Positions 38,495 through 49,750 of a stretch of DNA of 64,000 nt are shown piece after piece. This DNA comes from Oopsacas minuta (taxonomy: Eukaryota > Animalia > Porifera), in the NCBI GenBank assembly GCA_024704765.1, contig JAKMXF010000357.1, positions 82,678 through 146,677 on the forward strand, written 5' to 3'. The position numbers and the translations under genes were made by a program. The notes below the pieces were generated by a model, which had not been told where the DNA came from, ran no database searches, and saw only the letters and a program-made list of their open reading frames with translations. Within the stretch, counting starts at the first letter, position 1; every line of letters begins with the position of its first letter.

Positions 38495-40500
38495 CACAGT
38501 GGCTTAGTAGTGAAGAATTAAGAAAATTTTATCTTAATGCTTTCATTCCCTTATGGTTTCATTTTGTTTCTAAACATTCAAGTAGCATCCATTCCAATTT
38601 TCGAATCATTTGGGAGCCTATTAGTTATGTAAATTTGAATCGAAACTTTGTGGTTTTTGATGCTGAAATGATCTTTTCGGAGAATTCAAAATATAAAAGA
38701 TTTTCCCAGAGATTCTGATTCTTTATAGAATACATTAGCGATCTATTGTTTCATCTATTCTAGACAATTTTGCTTGCTGATATCAAATTTTGTATCAGAT
38801 ATATCTAAACTGTGTACTTTTCATGTGAAGGGTTGTTGTACTCAGGGTAAAAAATGAATCTCATTTTTCCAAGCACAAAATTTTAAGAGTCTGAAAAGAC
38901 AAAGTCAAGGAACGTCAAAGCGAAAATAATACCAGTTGTTGTTTACAATTTTTACTATGTTATATGAAGATGACAGGCACCGAAACGGTGCGCAACTTTG
39001 ATTTTTTTGTCGCATTCCATTGTCTGTAATCGTTGCTATGGAAATTCCTGAAGTGATATCTGTAACTAAGTAATTGAATACCCATCTAATCTTAATTATT
39101 CTTGGGAATTACTGTACAAAATTAAACATATAAATGTGTGTATATACGTGTACTTATGTTTTCAATCATACACCTTTATTTCTCATAGATAATTTATCCG
39201 TGATCAATGGCTGAACCAATTGCTCCGATGACTTCCCTCGAATCCCGTCTCGATTTAGCGAGAATCCTGAAAGCAAATAGCGATTGCGTCCAAACAACTC
39301 TCTGTTATCTTAGCAATCTCCATTGATTAGACCATGCCAGACAGGCTAAACTTGAATTGATTCTACCTAGAATACGAGATATGATTAGAACTTCAAAAAA
39401 ATCACTTGAATCTTTGTATGGAGATTGGTGGCATTCTGAAATTTGCTCAGAATTAATTATAGCTTCACAAGCCCCCCAAAAGCTAAGTCGGTGCGCCAAA
39501 AGAAAGAACTTATCAATCTTTCACTGCCACATTAGCGTTCCCGGATCTCTAGTGTCCTTGAGTCTATCAGGTCCATCTCGGTAATCAAAAAAACTTTTGA
39601 AATTACAATTGCAGCTCCTGCTTTGCAATTGTTGTGCAATGAGGAAGACAATCGAGAAGTTGCAAGGGTATCTAAATCAATTGTTCAAGGAAAATTCTCT
39701 GGTCAACTCGGGCGTGCATCCAAAAGTAAAGAATTGGATGTGGACAAGGCATTATTTCTTTTGGATCTATTAGACATTGGGAAGAGTAAGTATACTCTAC
39801 TACGACAACTTTTGTTATCTAATGAAATTCACTTCCCTACATATCAGAGGGTGGCCGATCATAGAAATAATTATGTACTACGAAGTATGATTCAACTATA
39901 CCCGAATCCTACAGCCCCAGTTGGGGTATGTGTGCCACACGCTCAATTTGTCTACCATACATTTTGGTGAATTATGTCCACTCTACCGTCCCCTTCAAAT
40001 GAGAATTTTCCTCTCCGATTTCAGATTGCTGATGGTTTAGACGGATCTGGAAAGCATACCGTATATAATCAACCGAATACGAATAGGTCTACCAAATCAC
40101 AACTGCCCGAATTCTCCATTCCCCCAACTTCCGATTTTCCTTCTTGCTGCCATAGAAATCATGACAATATTCGCCAATTTATGAAAGATATCATCAATCC
40201 TGAAACAGATCAAATGAAGGACCAAGGTTTCTATTTTGCCGATGATAAACATATATTTGTCGATGCTGTCCGATCAATGCTTGATGGTAAAATGGCAAGT
40301 ATTCTCTCAGGAACAGGAGGTGTAAGGTGCCAACTATGTACTGCACGCAGAGAGAACTAAAAGATCGTGATTAAATTTTGCAAGGTTATCCCATCAATAG
40401 AAACATTTTGCCCGAAGAGCTAAGTGCTGTAGACATACTGCAGCAGATTTATTGGATTCATCTATTGATAATATGGTTAAGGGCCTTATTGTTGATATGA
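38495..40500 (+). mobile_element. RAG1-like transposon copy B (5' two-thirds, degenerate)
   Basis: Putative 5' end CACAGTG-N15-ATTAAGAAAATT at 38495 (tentative). Coding remnants SKKSLESL, KELINLS..RSRI, EEDNREVARVSKSIVQGK, IADGLDGSGKH, SMLDGKMASILSGTGGVRCQLC. Confidence 0.85.
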
Positions 40501-41055
40501 TATTGCAACAAAGTAGTTTGTAGAATGTTAGTGAATGAATAATACAAATAAAACATCCCTTAATACTATTGCTTATTGTTTTTATCCAGAAATTGTTGGA
40601 ATTGATACATATATATATTAGCAAAAGAGATATTAATAAATTCTATAAACGCTTTTAGAAGTATGAAGTACTAAAGCAAAAATTATGAAAAACATGTGTA
40701 TGACGTCATTTTATAAAAATTATGAGTAATTTTGTATTTCTAACAGTTGTAATTGCTTCCATGGATATGATATACTATACCCAAATAATACAATTTATAG
40801 GCTAAAATTGTTATACAATCAGATATTAAAGAAAACAAAATTCAGCATAAAGCTATGACGTCAGAACATGAGATATAGAAACCTTATAAAAATTTTGAAT
40901 GCATCAAATGATTCCTAGCATATGATAACCTATATGCTGATAATACATTATATATGTCTATTTCAAATGAAAATACCCATTCTTTACTAACTCCTATTTT
41001 AAGCCATTGTGAATTCTGCTTTAGGAATTTCCTAGATGACAACAAGGGACCCTAC

Positions 41056-41492
41056 TAAGGCATTAGTCAATTGTGTTAAACAAGATCACTATTCCGATCC
41101 AGATCTTAGCTGAAATTATGATCAGCAATCCCGATAAAGATCCTTATTTCTAAAACGATCGCGATTCCGATCGTTTGAGTACATTCATGATTTATATTTT
41201 TGATAGTTACGTCATTTCTTATGCCACAAGAATATAGGTGGAGAATCAACGCATTCTACGAACGTATATTACTGATTGTTGAACACAAATTTGGGACAAT
41301 TACTTAAGTATGCTAACGTAATGATAGTAGCATTCAAAGTATACAAAAATGACCGAAAATTTTCGTGCAAAAAGGATCGCAATCTTACATCTGATCCTTA
41401 ATGAAACAATGATCGCCGATCGTCGCTAGATCGTCAAAATAGTATCGCGATCGTGATCGAGCGATCAATGATGGTACGATCCTAATGCCCTA
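41056..41492. mobile_element. hAT-type MITE with GATC-rich subterminal repeats
   Basis: TIR TA(A/G)GGCATTAG (10/11). Perfect 8-bp TSD GACCCTAC at 41048-41055 and 41493-41500. Confidence 0.85.
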
Positions 41493-41635
41493 GACCCTAC
41501 CTAGGCATGACGGGATCCTAGTCAGGATCTGATGCACCAATTATGAACTTGAGTATCCAAACGTTTTTCAAATCACCGAAATTCTGAATGTATCATAAAT
41601 ATATTATCTTAATACCATATATTTAAAAATGAGTA

Positions 41636-41645
41636 GCGCATGCGC
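41636..41645. promoter_or_regulatory. NRF1-type palindrome GCGCATGCGC in the left inverted repeat
   Basis: Sequence GTAGCGCATGCGCTGC; 223 bp upstream of the ATG at 41869. Function is inferred. Confidence 0.6.
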
Positions 41646-41868
41646 TGCATTAATATATAATTGGAATTTTGGAAAAAAGTAGCCTCTCAAATTACATCCT
41701 ATTATAGTGTAATTAAATCCGCAGGTACTGATATTTAGTTTTGAGTTTTGTTACTTATTTCTACTTCCTTTATTAGCAAAATCCCTAAATATGTTTCCCA
41801 ATTAACTTTATACTTTACTCAATTAGTGTTTCCTCTTGATTTCCATTCTGTACCCTTGATTAGCCAAA

Positions 41869-43586
41869 ATGCCAACGATACCCAAATTGACAAAGTCTAA
41901 TGCTATAATGGTACTGACAGACATATTGTCTGAGTTTCGTTCAGTAACAGGTGAATATGCCGGAGCTGTATTTTCATGGCATGGAAAGCTTGGCTCTTTG
42001 GGTCCAGAGAAATTTCAAACCTATATCACTGGGAATAGCGATGAAATATCAAGAACTCTATTGACTAACCAAATATCTACAAGTACGTCAGCGTCATCAA
42101 AGCCTGTGCGTGATCACGAAATCCTCAAGCTATTAGATGGAGATATATCTGGCTATAATGTACAGGGACTGCGAAGACTTGTTTCTGCGATTATAGAAGT
42201 GTCAACTGGTAAGTCAACGGTGTGAATTTATATAATTATATGGGTCACTGATTTTATATCTCTGTATTTTAGGGAAAGGTATGTTTTTTTTGGAATGATC
42301 CTTCCCTCAAACCACCTTTTTGGCCCGAAAGAGTCCCTTTCGAAAACATAAAAAGCGCATGTAAGATTCATCTGCGTATGATAATAGAATCATATAAGAA
42401 TTAATCTATGAAAGCGCGAGTTTCAGCTCGCCCTCAATCTCAGAAGTCTCCAAGCTCTTCTCAAGCATCGCGACATGATATCTACCGTGACCGATCTAGA
42501 TCTCCTCTTGATTTCGCTAGAGATGTACTATACCAAGAGTCTGATGTAGATACTAGTGATGATTCCTTCGATGAGGTTTTTCAGCAACCCGTTATCACTT
42601 CGAACAAACCTATTTCAGATCCTCAAACACCCACCCCAACATCCAGTCTGGTGACATTACTCGGAGTTAAGCCATTGGATCCTATTCAAATAATCACTCC
42701 TCCCATTAGTTTAAATGAGAAAAACTTGTCAATTTCCGAATTGTCAAGTCGTAATACTTTTCTAACAGGCATCACCATTAATGCATTCTGTGTAAGTTTA
42801 TCATACATTGAAATTCAATCCGTTTTCTTAGCAAATATTCTCATACCATATATGTATTTGTAGACATTACTGAAGAAGAATTTCCCCCATTTACACGGAC
42901 TTCAGGACACTATTCTTTCCGAAGTGAGTTTCTCGGTTTAAATTTTTGAATTATAAATCAATATTTGATATTCAATTAATTATTAGAATAGTCAATTCGT
43001 GAAAGCTCCTCGTCCTAGTATACAGCTGCATCACGATGGCGCACTTCACTGGGTTTGCTCCAGTATTGATGTTAAAGGGCATGTAACTTTATATGATTCA
43101 CTATCTACTGGGAGAATATCTGGTGAATTAGCTGTGCAATTGGCATTTCTACATGGGAATGATGCTGATCATGAGCTGAAAGTCGCCCTTGCTCCTATTC
43201 AGCAGCAAAGAGGTGGGGCGGATTGTGGTTTATTTGCAGCTGCAGTCTGTTTGACAATAGCAACGGGAGGCAACCCAACCCAAGTATACTGGAAACAGTC
43301 AAGAATGAGATCTCACCTAACTGATTGTTTCAACAGCGAAATTTTAACACCCTTTCCTAAGATAGAAAGCATAGTATTACGATCTCGCCTGACTACAAAT
43401 CTAGGGACAGATTTAAAGATAAAGTTATGGTGTTTGTGTCATCTACCCAGTTGCGCGTCAAAAAATATGATTGAATGTCCCAAATGCCTTAAATGGTTCC
43501 ACAAACCATGTGTAGGACTTGAAGATATTGACAAAGATATCGATAACTTTTATTGTCACAATTGTCGTGAGTCTCCTAACATATAA
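41869..43586 (+). pseudogene. Four-exon gene of about 505 aa: NRF1/Ewg-like DNA-binding domain, S/P-rich linker, Ulp1-like cysteine protease, PHD finger
   Basis: Exons 41869-42208, 42273-42791, 42864-42923 and 42987-43586, all GT-AG and phase-consistent once one extra T in the T8 run (42284-42291) is removed. In-frame TAA at 42402-42404. Motifs: LRRLVSAIIEVSTGKGMFFWNDPSLKPPFWPERVPFENIKS; LLKKNFPHLHGLQDT; HWV, YDS, QQQRGGADCGLF; WCLC..MIECPKC..WFHKPC..FYCHNC. Confidence 0.85.
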
Positions 43587-43593
43587 ACTATTT

Positions 43594-46500
43594 TCATATA
43601 TTATTATTTTGTGATAGAATATGTGGATTCAAACATGCTAGAAAATATCTTGTAGTGAAGAATACATTATCAATACGCATGTATGCGATTTGTGTTGCTA
43701 TCCTTGTTAGTGATGAAAACAACTGCTCGCAAATTTGTGAGTTTAGCTTTTTCATCTCGTCAGTCTGAATTGATCTCAAAGAATAAGAGGGATTGCACTT
43801 GTGGTTTGTAGAATGGAATCGATTAATCAGAAATGTTGTCCTACGAAATACTTTGGGGTCCCTATATAAAAAATCACAAATAAATTTCTATTTGAAACCT
43901 CGGCTAATTATCATTTATACCCAATTTGTTATGTGCACTTACCTTTTCATACATGTTTTGTGTAAGTTGCAAGCATTATCGTAGATGATCACTTTTGGCT
44001 GTTCTCTGAATATGGTCATTAACAGATTATAAATTACAACTGTAGATTCGTGTTGTCTGAGGATTTGGAAACCATAACAAATCCTGTGTTTACAAGCGAT
44101 TGCTACTATTCCGGGGGGAAACCTTTTGTGAGTTGGAAACTTTTTGTGACACGGTTCAGCTGACTCAACTTCTAGATTTTCGTATACTGGCAACCTGTAC
44201 AATTATAGTAGAATGGTAAAATATAAAAAAAGTTGAATAGCAATTAGTATTTTCAGTATAAACACAATTACAAGTTTGAACTTATATGTAGTTTGTTGTG
44301 AATGCTGGGAAATAATTGTAATAGTTTTCGCTTTGTGGAGAATATTCCACTAATTTTCTTGACGCTCTACTAAATAAACTCTCTATTTGTGTCAGGATTC
44401 TTTTCAACAGCGGGAAAACTTTGAGATATAAAGTGACAAACCCTGTGCATGTGATGTCTTCATTAGGTTTGATAGAATTGAATAAGATATCTAATGTATA
44501 CATCTTCTGATATATTGAATTTAAGGAATCTTCACTTGCTGATTTTCCATTGACAAGAAGAGCTATTGCTTTTCGTTCATTCGATTCCAGCAGAGAGAAT
44601 TGGAATACTCCTGATATTGGATCTGTATGGCAAAGGAGTTTTATGACTTTCTTAACGTGTATATATTCTTCACTTATAGCCACTAAATTTCTGTCCTAAT
44701 GGAACTAAATAAAATATAATCAGCCATTTCTTTATGAGTAGACTTCAATAGGTCTTTTAGCGTATTTTCTGTCAAACCTTCAGAACAGTATTTAAGGAGT
44801 TGTTTTCTAATTGCTGTGTCGGGGATAAAAACACGATCTGAAAATGGGATCATAGGGTATTGCTGATCCTGATCGAATTTTGCATCCACTTCTAGCACCG
44901 ATTTCATTGTTCCCATCGCTATGCCATCTAAAATTATCACATCGGGATGATCTTTACACTTTGACATATGTAGTTCGAGTCATAATCTATGTCTACTGTT
45001 CTTAGATAGGCGTTCCATGCCTGATAAACAATGTGATAATGGAATGTATTCGTTCTACCCATTCTGATAAGCTTCCTGTTCTTGGCACTAAAAAGTAAAA
45101 CGAAGAATTAGATTGTATATATAGGAATTTTAATTTATCAAGAATATGATTTTAAACAATACATACCTCAAGTAACCGTACAAAGTATTTCTAGACATGG
45201 TCATTAACTCGCTATAATCATATAACAAACTGTAATGAACAAAGTACTTGTTGTTGATGTTTAACAGTAAACTGTTCTGACCTTCGAAGACTGCCAAGCA
45301 ATTGCAAGGTCCACTGCATCTTGAACTGTAAACTATATACTTACAATATAATTACTGAGTTACTAAGCACAGGCAAATTTAAGGAGGGAGTAAATTGGGA
45401 CGAGTTCATTGCAATCGAATGAACAATCTTATATGCAAACCAAATATTTATTGAAATTCCTTTATAATTGCAAAGACTTGTTTTCAACGGCTAAATACGT
45501 AGGATAACCCACCATACTAAATTAAAATTGCGACCGAGCAAATGGTTCATTGATGATAAATATATAACTTTGTAATCTTTGAATTCATTAATATCATTTT
45601 CTAAATAGATAACTATTCCAACCTTCTCTAGTTTAAGCTTCTCCTCTTCACTGAATTTGAAACCATAGTCACATAATTCCTTTTCAGGATACATATTTAA
45701 AGGTAAATTGATGCCATGGCAGAGCTAGTGGTTGTAAATTGCTATTTGGCTTTCATCTAAATTGAATGGTATTACTCTTGTTGATATCGTGTTATATTCA
45801 AACTGTTTCTGTGTATTTGATCCAGTATTTTCGAGAATATTATGGAGTCTAGAATGTTGTTTGCACTTTGAAGAACAAGAACAACATAACCACCTATCAT
45901 TATTCAATTGGAAGTTGTGAAAAGTATCATCTGTCAACGGAAAGATATCTTTAGGACTTGGGGAATAATATATTATATCTTCTAGAATGTTTGCTTCACA
46001 AACTTGCAAACAATCATTTTGCGAACAGAGTTCAAATGCTTGATAATGAGAACAAGTATCACTATAACAATTGGCGCATAGATTGCTGTTTGTTTCAATT
46101 ATGATTTCCCTTTTGTTTAGTACAACGGTTCCTTGAAATACATAATGTTTAGTTTTGGTAGTGAGAATAGTAAATGTACAGTAGACTCCGATTAATAGGG
46201 TCACTTAGGACCAAGCCATTTGACCCGATTAACCGAAATAAATGTGTTGGGCCCTACGAACCGGAGCAGAGAGACAAACATGCTAACAGACAACAATAAT
46301 AGTGATAATAACGTATATTTACCTCGTGAGTGATCATAATCTGCAATTATAACATATTCACTATCGTCTAACTTATGTATGTGAGACTTCAATTATCAAT
46401 AGTTTTACATACTGGTCAATTATAGGCATTTCTACTTGTTTCATTTCTGGTTCTGAGAAGCAATCAGGTTGACACTGACTATGCGAAAATTATATTGAAT

Positions 46501-46731
46501 CAACAAGCAACTAAAGTTTGCTTGAAAGCATAAGGAATTAAGAATATAAGTATCACCTGGTTTTGACCATGTTGGCACATCTGATTCTATCAATTTAAAT
46601 GATTCACCTTCTGATAGGCATACTTTGTCGATGTCTAATGTGATGAAGCTGATATCTTCTTTCTCCGAGATTTTTCGTTTTTTTGGGTATATATTATCAG
46701 ATCCAGTTTGTGAAGTTACTTTTTCAGCCAT
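43594..46731 (-). pseudogene. Multi-exon CxC/KDZ (HMGXB3-like) transposase with several lesions
   Basis: ATG at 46731, NLS PKKRK, SWIM-like CANC..CSH and CSC..C..H, CNC..FEGQNSLLLN, C.KC..HPDVIILDG, CKHRICYGF..ES, IYDNACNLH, RDP..F..INRFH..NHKC, NSQICEQ. The last two exons, 43943-44194 and 43594-43861, join across a GT-AG intron; 5' exon structure is only partly resolved. Confidence 0.85.
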
Positions 46732-46932
46732 TTCCAAAATGAAATTATCTAACGAATGATACAAATTTATATATCTACTTCTATCATTATAAATGCACCA
46801 GCATTCCAATTACCGCTTGTCGTAATGTGGTTTCGAAACTTATCTAATCACATTCAATTCAGCAGTTTGGGTAACTATGGTTGAAATGATAACGCGTATC
46901 TATAAATATGACTTACCAATAATCCTAATGTA

Positions 46933-46942
46933 GCGCATGCGC
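46933..46942. promoter_or_regulatory. NRF1-type palindrome GCGCATGCGC in the right inverted repeat (within the 16-bp perfect palindrome GTAGCGCATGCGCTAC, 46930-46945)
   Basis: Lies between the divergent starts of the transposase (46731, minus) and COPS2 (47264, plus). Function is inferred. Confidence 0.6.
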
Positions 46943-47263
46943 TACTCACTTTTAAATACCTCCTTAATACATATATACCTACGTTCAATTAGCAATTCTC
47001 AGTAATACCTTTAGGCAATAAATAATTAATTTTCAAAGCTAGAATCTTATTCAATTGTTAGGTGAACCAGAAATTGTTTTTACCCAAGAATATTTATGTA
47101 GGCAATTAAGCATGTACCGGATTCTGGATCCGGATCCGATCTGCTTGATCCGTCCAACCCGTATCCTACCGGATCCAAAAATGATCTGGTGCATGCCTAA
47201 CCCTGCCAGTGCATGTATTATCCTCTTTGATTTATATTGTGTGTGGTTTTATAGTAGATAATT

Positions 47264-47548
47264 ATGTCTGATGATGAGCTAATGGACAATGATGATTACG
47301 ATTTAGAATATGATGATTCTGAACCCGATGTTGAAGCAGACTTGGAAAATCAGTATTACAATAGCAAGACTTTAAAATGTGATGACCCAGACGCTGCTTT
47401 GACTGCTTTTCGACGTGTGTTACAGCTTGAAGAAGAGAAGGGCGATTGGGGCTTCAAGGCTCTGAAACAGATGATGAAATTAGAGTTTCATCTTGGAAGG
47501 TTCTCTCAAATGATGGAACATTATCAGCAATTGCTGACTTACATCAAG
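47264..47548 (+). CDS. COPS2: COP9 signalosome subunit 2, coding exon 1 (95 codons)
   Basis: [49 protein letters not shown], then donor GTAATA at 47549. Confidence 0.96.
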
Positions 47549-48256
47549 GTAATATTTGGATTGTTGGGCCTTCTAGTTGTATTGTTAATTAAGAGATCTA
47601 CTATTTGAACTTGACAAACTTGTGGCCACAAATGTATTTGTGCAGCCCTTGAACTGGTAATCAAATGGCACAGTAAGATACGATTATGAATTTGTCGCAT
47701 ATTCAAACATCATACTTCAACTATTAATTGAAGCCACTTCTAATTATTGGATCTGGACAAAATTGTATCGTTCGTTAGAGGAGACAAGAAAGTTGATGTT
47801 TTCGATCGAATATTTTTGAATTTCAGGTTGTTTGCCATTTGTCTTCACAAAAGTGAATTTTATTGGCCTAATTGTACTGAAAATTTTAAAATATTATCCA
47901 TGGTCCATCTAAATGAATTATTATGACCTGTCTTCGCTTAAACAGCTAAGCTGTTTCTCGATGAATCTCAGCACTATTGATAAATACCCAATTATGATGT
48001 ACAATCGAAAATTGTGTGAACTTTCTATTTTGTATATTAATGTAATATATAATGAGTTTACATTTTGCACAATCGAATCATTTGGCATATTTGAGGGGTA
48101 CCTGTGATTCGCATTTCGAGCCTCTAACACGTATAATGTCTGAACAATTGCCAAGAATGTGATTTTTAAAATCCATAACGTGACAATTACGTCATATTTT
48201 AGTCATAGGTATAAATTTTCCTCGAACTTATCCGACCTAGACACAACACGGATAAT

Positions 48257-48276
48257 CCGCCGCCGCCGCCGCCGCC
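48257..48276 (+). repeat. (CCG)n microsatellite, about 6.7 units, in COPS2 intron 1
   Basis: Read directly; follows a copy of the dispersed GGGGTACCTGTGATT family. Confidence 0.9.
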
Positions 48277-49014
48277 TTATCCACCAAACTGTTTATTACA
48301 CCACCATTACGTTCAACAATTCATTTGTACTATCGTACTATCATACTAGGGTAGTTCGAACCTCGTTAACCGAATCTTCGCTAATCCGAACAGGTCCGAA
48401 GGGTTATAACAACTGTTGGAAATGTTCTAAAATATTCAAGAACAACTAATTGTATCCAATTCTACTGTAGCAATACATATTAATAGATTGCATATTTTTG
48501 GTAGCCTTCTCATCGTTTGTACAACTTTCGAAAAAATTTCCAACTAGATCCTATAGTATTGTTTCTTTAGTATGCATATTTCATCACACACCTTTGTTTT
48601 TGTTCAGCAATTACCTTAATTAATTGTATTTCATTCCACATATTCCACCATAATTTATTTGATTACTATTTATAGCATCAAATAATTAATAGAAGTAATC
48701 TAAATTCTTCAAACTCAATTATTGTGGGTGGGTGTATATATTTGTGTTTGTCCACTTTGTATTATTATGGTAGGGTATGATGACCCGCGCTCTATATAGG
48801 GAATAACATATCCTTCTGTTGGCTATATAGGAAAAGTACACAATTACATTGGGTATCGAGTATGCTGATTCCGATTTCACACATTCGACTTAATCATATG
48901 TATATTTATTTTTTCTTTTATATTATGAACTAAACAAATAGTTGAAATCTCGAAATATACTTAGAGACTTGCTCTCAACCTGACCTACTATATACGCATA
49001 TACGGCTCACTATT

Positions 49015-49750
49015 CAAAGAATTGCCAAAATAATATCCAGGCCATTGACTACATTCTCTTTTATCATGAAGAATTGCAGTTATCATTACAAATCTACTAT
49101 AAATGGGGTTTGTACATACGGCGGAGACATCTAGAATGCTTTTACAACCTGCTTTTTCAGATTATTTTATGCACAATGACTTAATCAAAGTTCATGTTCA
49201 TTTAAGATAATTATTTACTTTTTGTCAAATCTTTCCGAAATTCTCAAAACTTTATATCAAAATACCTTCTACTTGCTAATGTTAGTTTAAGTAACCAAAG
49301 ATGATCTTCATTTTCATAAACACCAGTAATATAATGATATTTGGTGATATTCGCAGTAAAACAACGTTAAAAAGTCAATCTTTGAAAATACAAGAATTTC
49401 GATCGAAAAATGTATACCATCACAAATTAAGTCATAAGTATTAACCATTTTAATCAATTTATTTAATACAGTATTTCTCTTGTGTTTTTGTTCTAAATTA
49501 ATATGAATCGTGAATCATTTCATAAGATTTGTGGTTCGGCAATAGTAGTATTTATTTGTAAAATGATTGTAAGTGAATTTTATTGCATCATTGTGGGTAA
49601 AATAACCTTAAATGCAGGTTTAACAGTATTCTAGATGTCTCCGCCGTATGTATATACCTATATATAATAGAATTTGTTAAGATAGCGACAATTCTTCATG
49701 ATCAAAGAGAATATAATCAATTGCCTTGATATTATATTAGCAATTCTTTG
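49015..49750. repeat. Old inverted-repeat element with diverged arms of about 130 bp
   Basis: Arms at about 49015-49145 and 49625-49750 share CAAAGAATTGC, ATCATGAAGAATTG and CATACGGCGGAGACATCTAGAAT. Confidence 0.7.

Larger units (their letters stand above)
41616..46962. mobile_element. Two-gene KDZ (Kyakuja-Dileera-Zisupton class) transposon, 5347 bp
   Basis: 33-bp inverted repeats at 41620-41652 and 46926-46958 (31/33). Each lies exactly 4 bp inside an 8-bp direct repeat CTTAATAC (41608-41615, 46963-46970). The element encloses two convergent genes. Confidence 0.88.

Noticed and set aside
41056-41492. CRISPR-like array or Dam-methylation island in the GATC-rich stretch
   Set aside because: There is no regular repeat-spacer period, the context is eukaryotic, and the stretch is bounded by hAT-type TIRs and an 8-bp TSD.
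42273-42278. 6-bp micro-exon (GGAAAG followed by GTATGT) in the NRF1-like gene
   Set aside because: It would splice out the best NRF1-matching segment. A single extra T in the T8 run restores an ungapped alignment and the correct downstream phase.
47055-47261. 68-aa ORF as an upstream COPS2 exon
   Set aside because: It starts at TTG, consists of GGATCC-rich MITE-like repeats (related sequence at about 37850-37920), and COPS2 homology starts at 47264.
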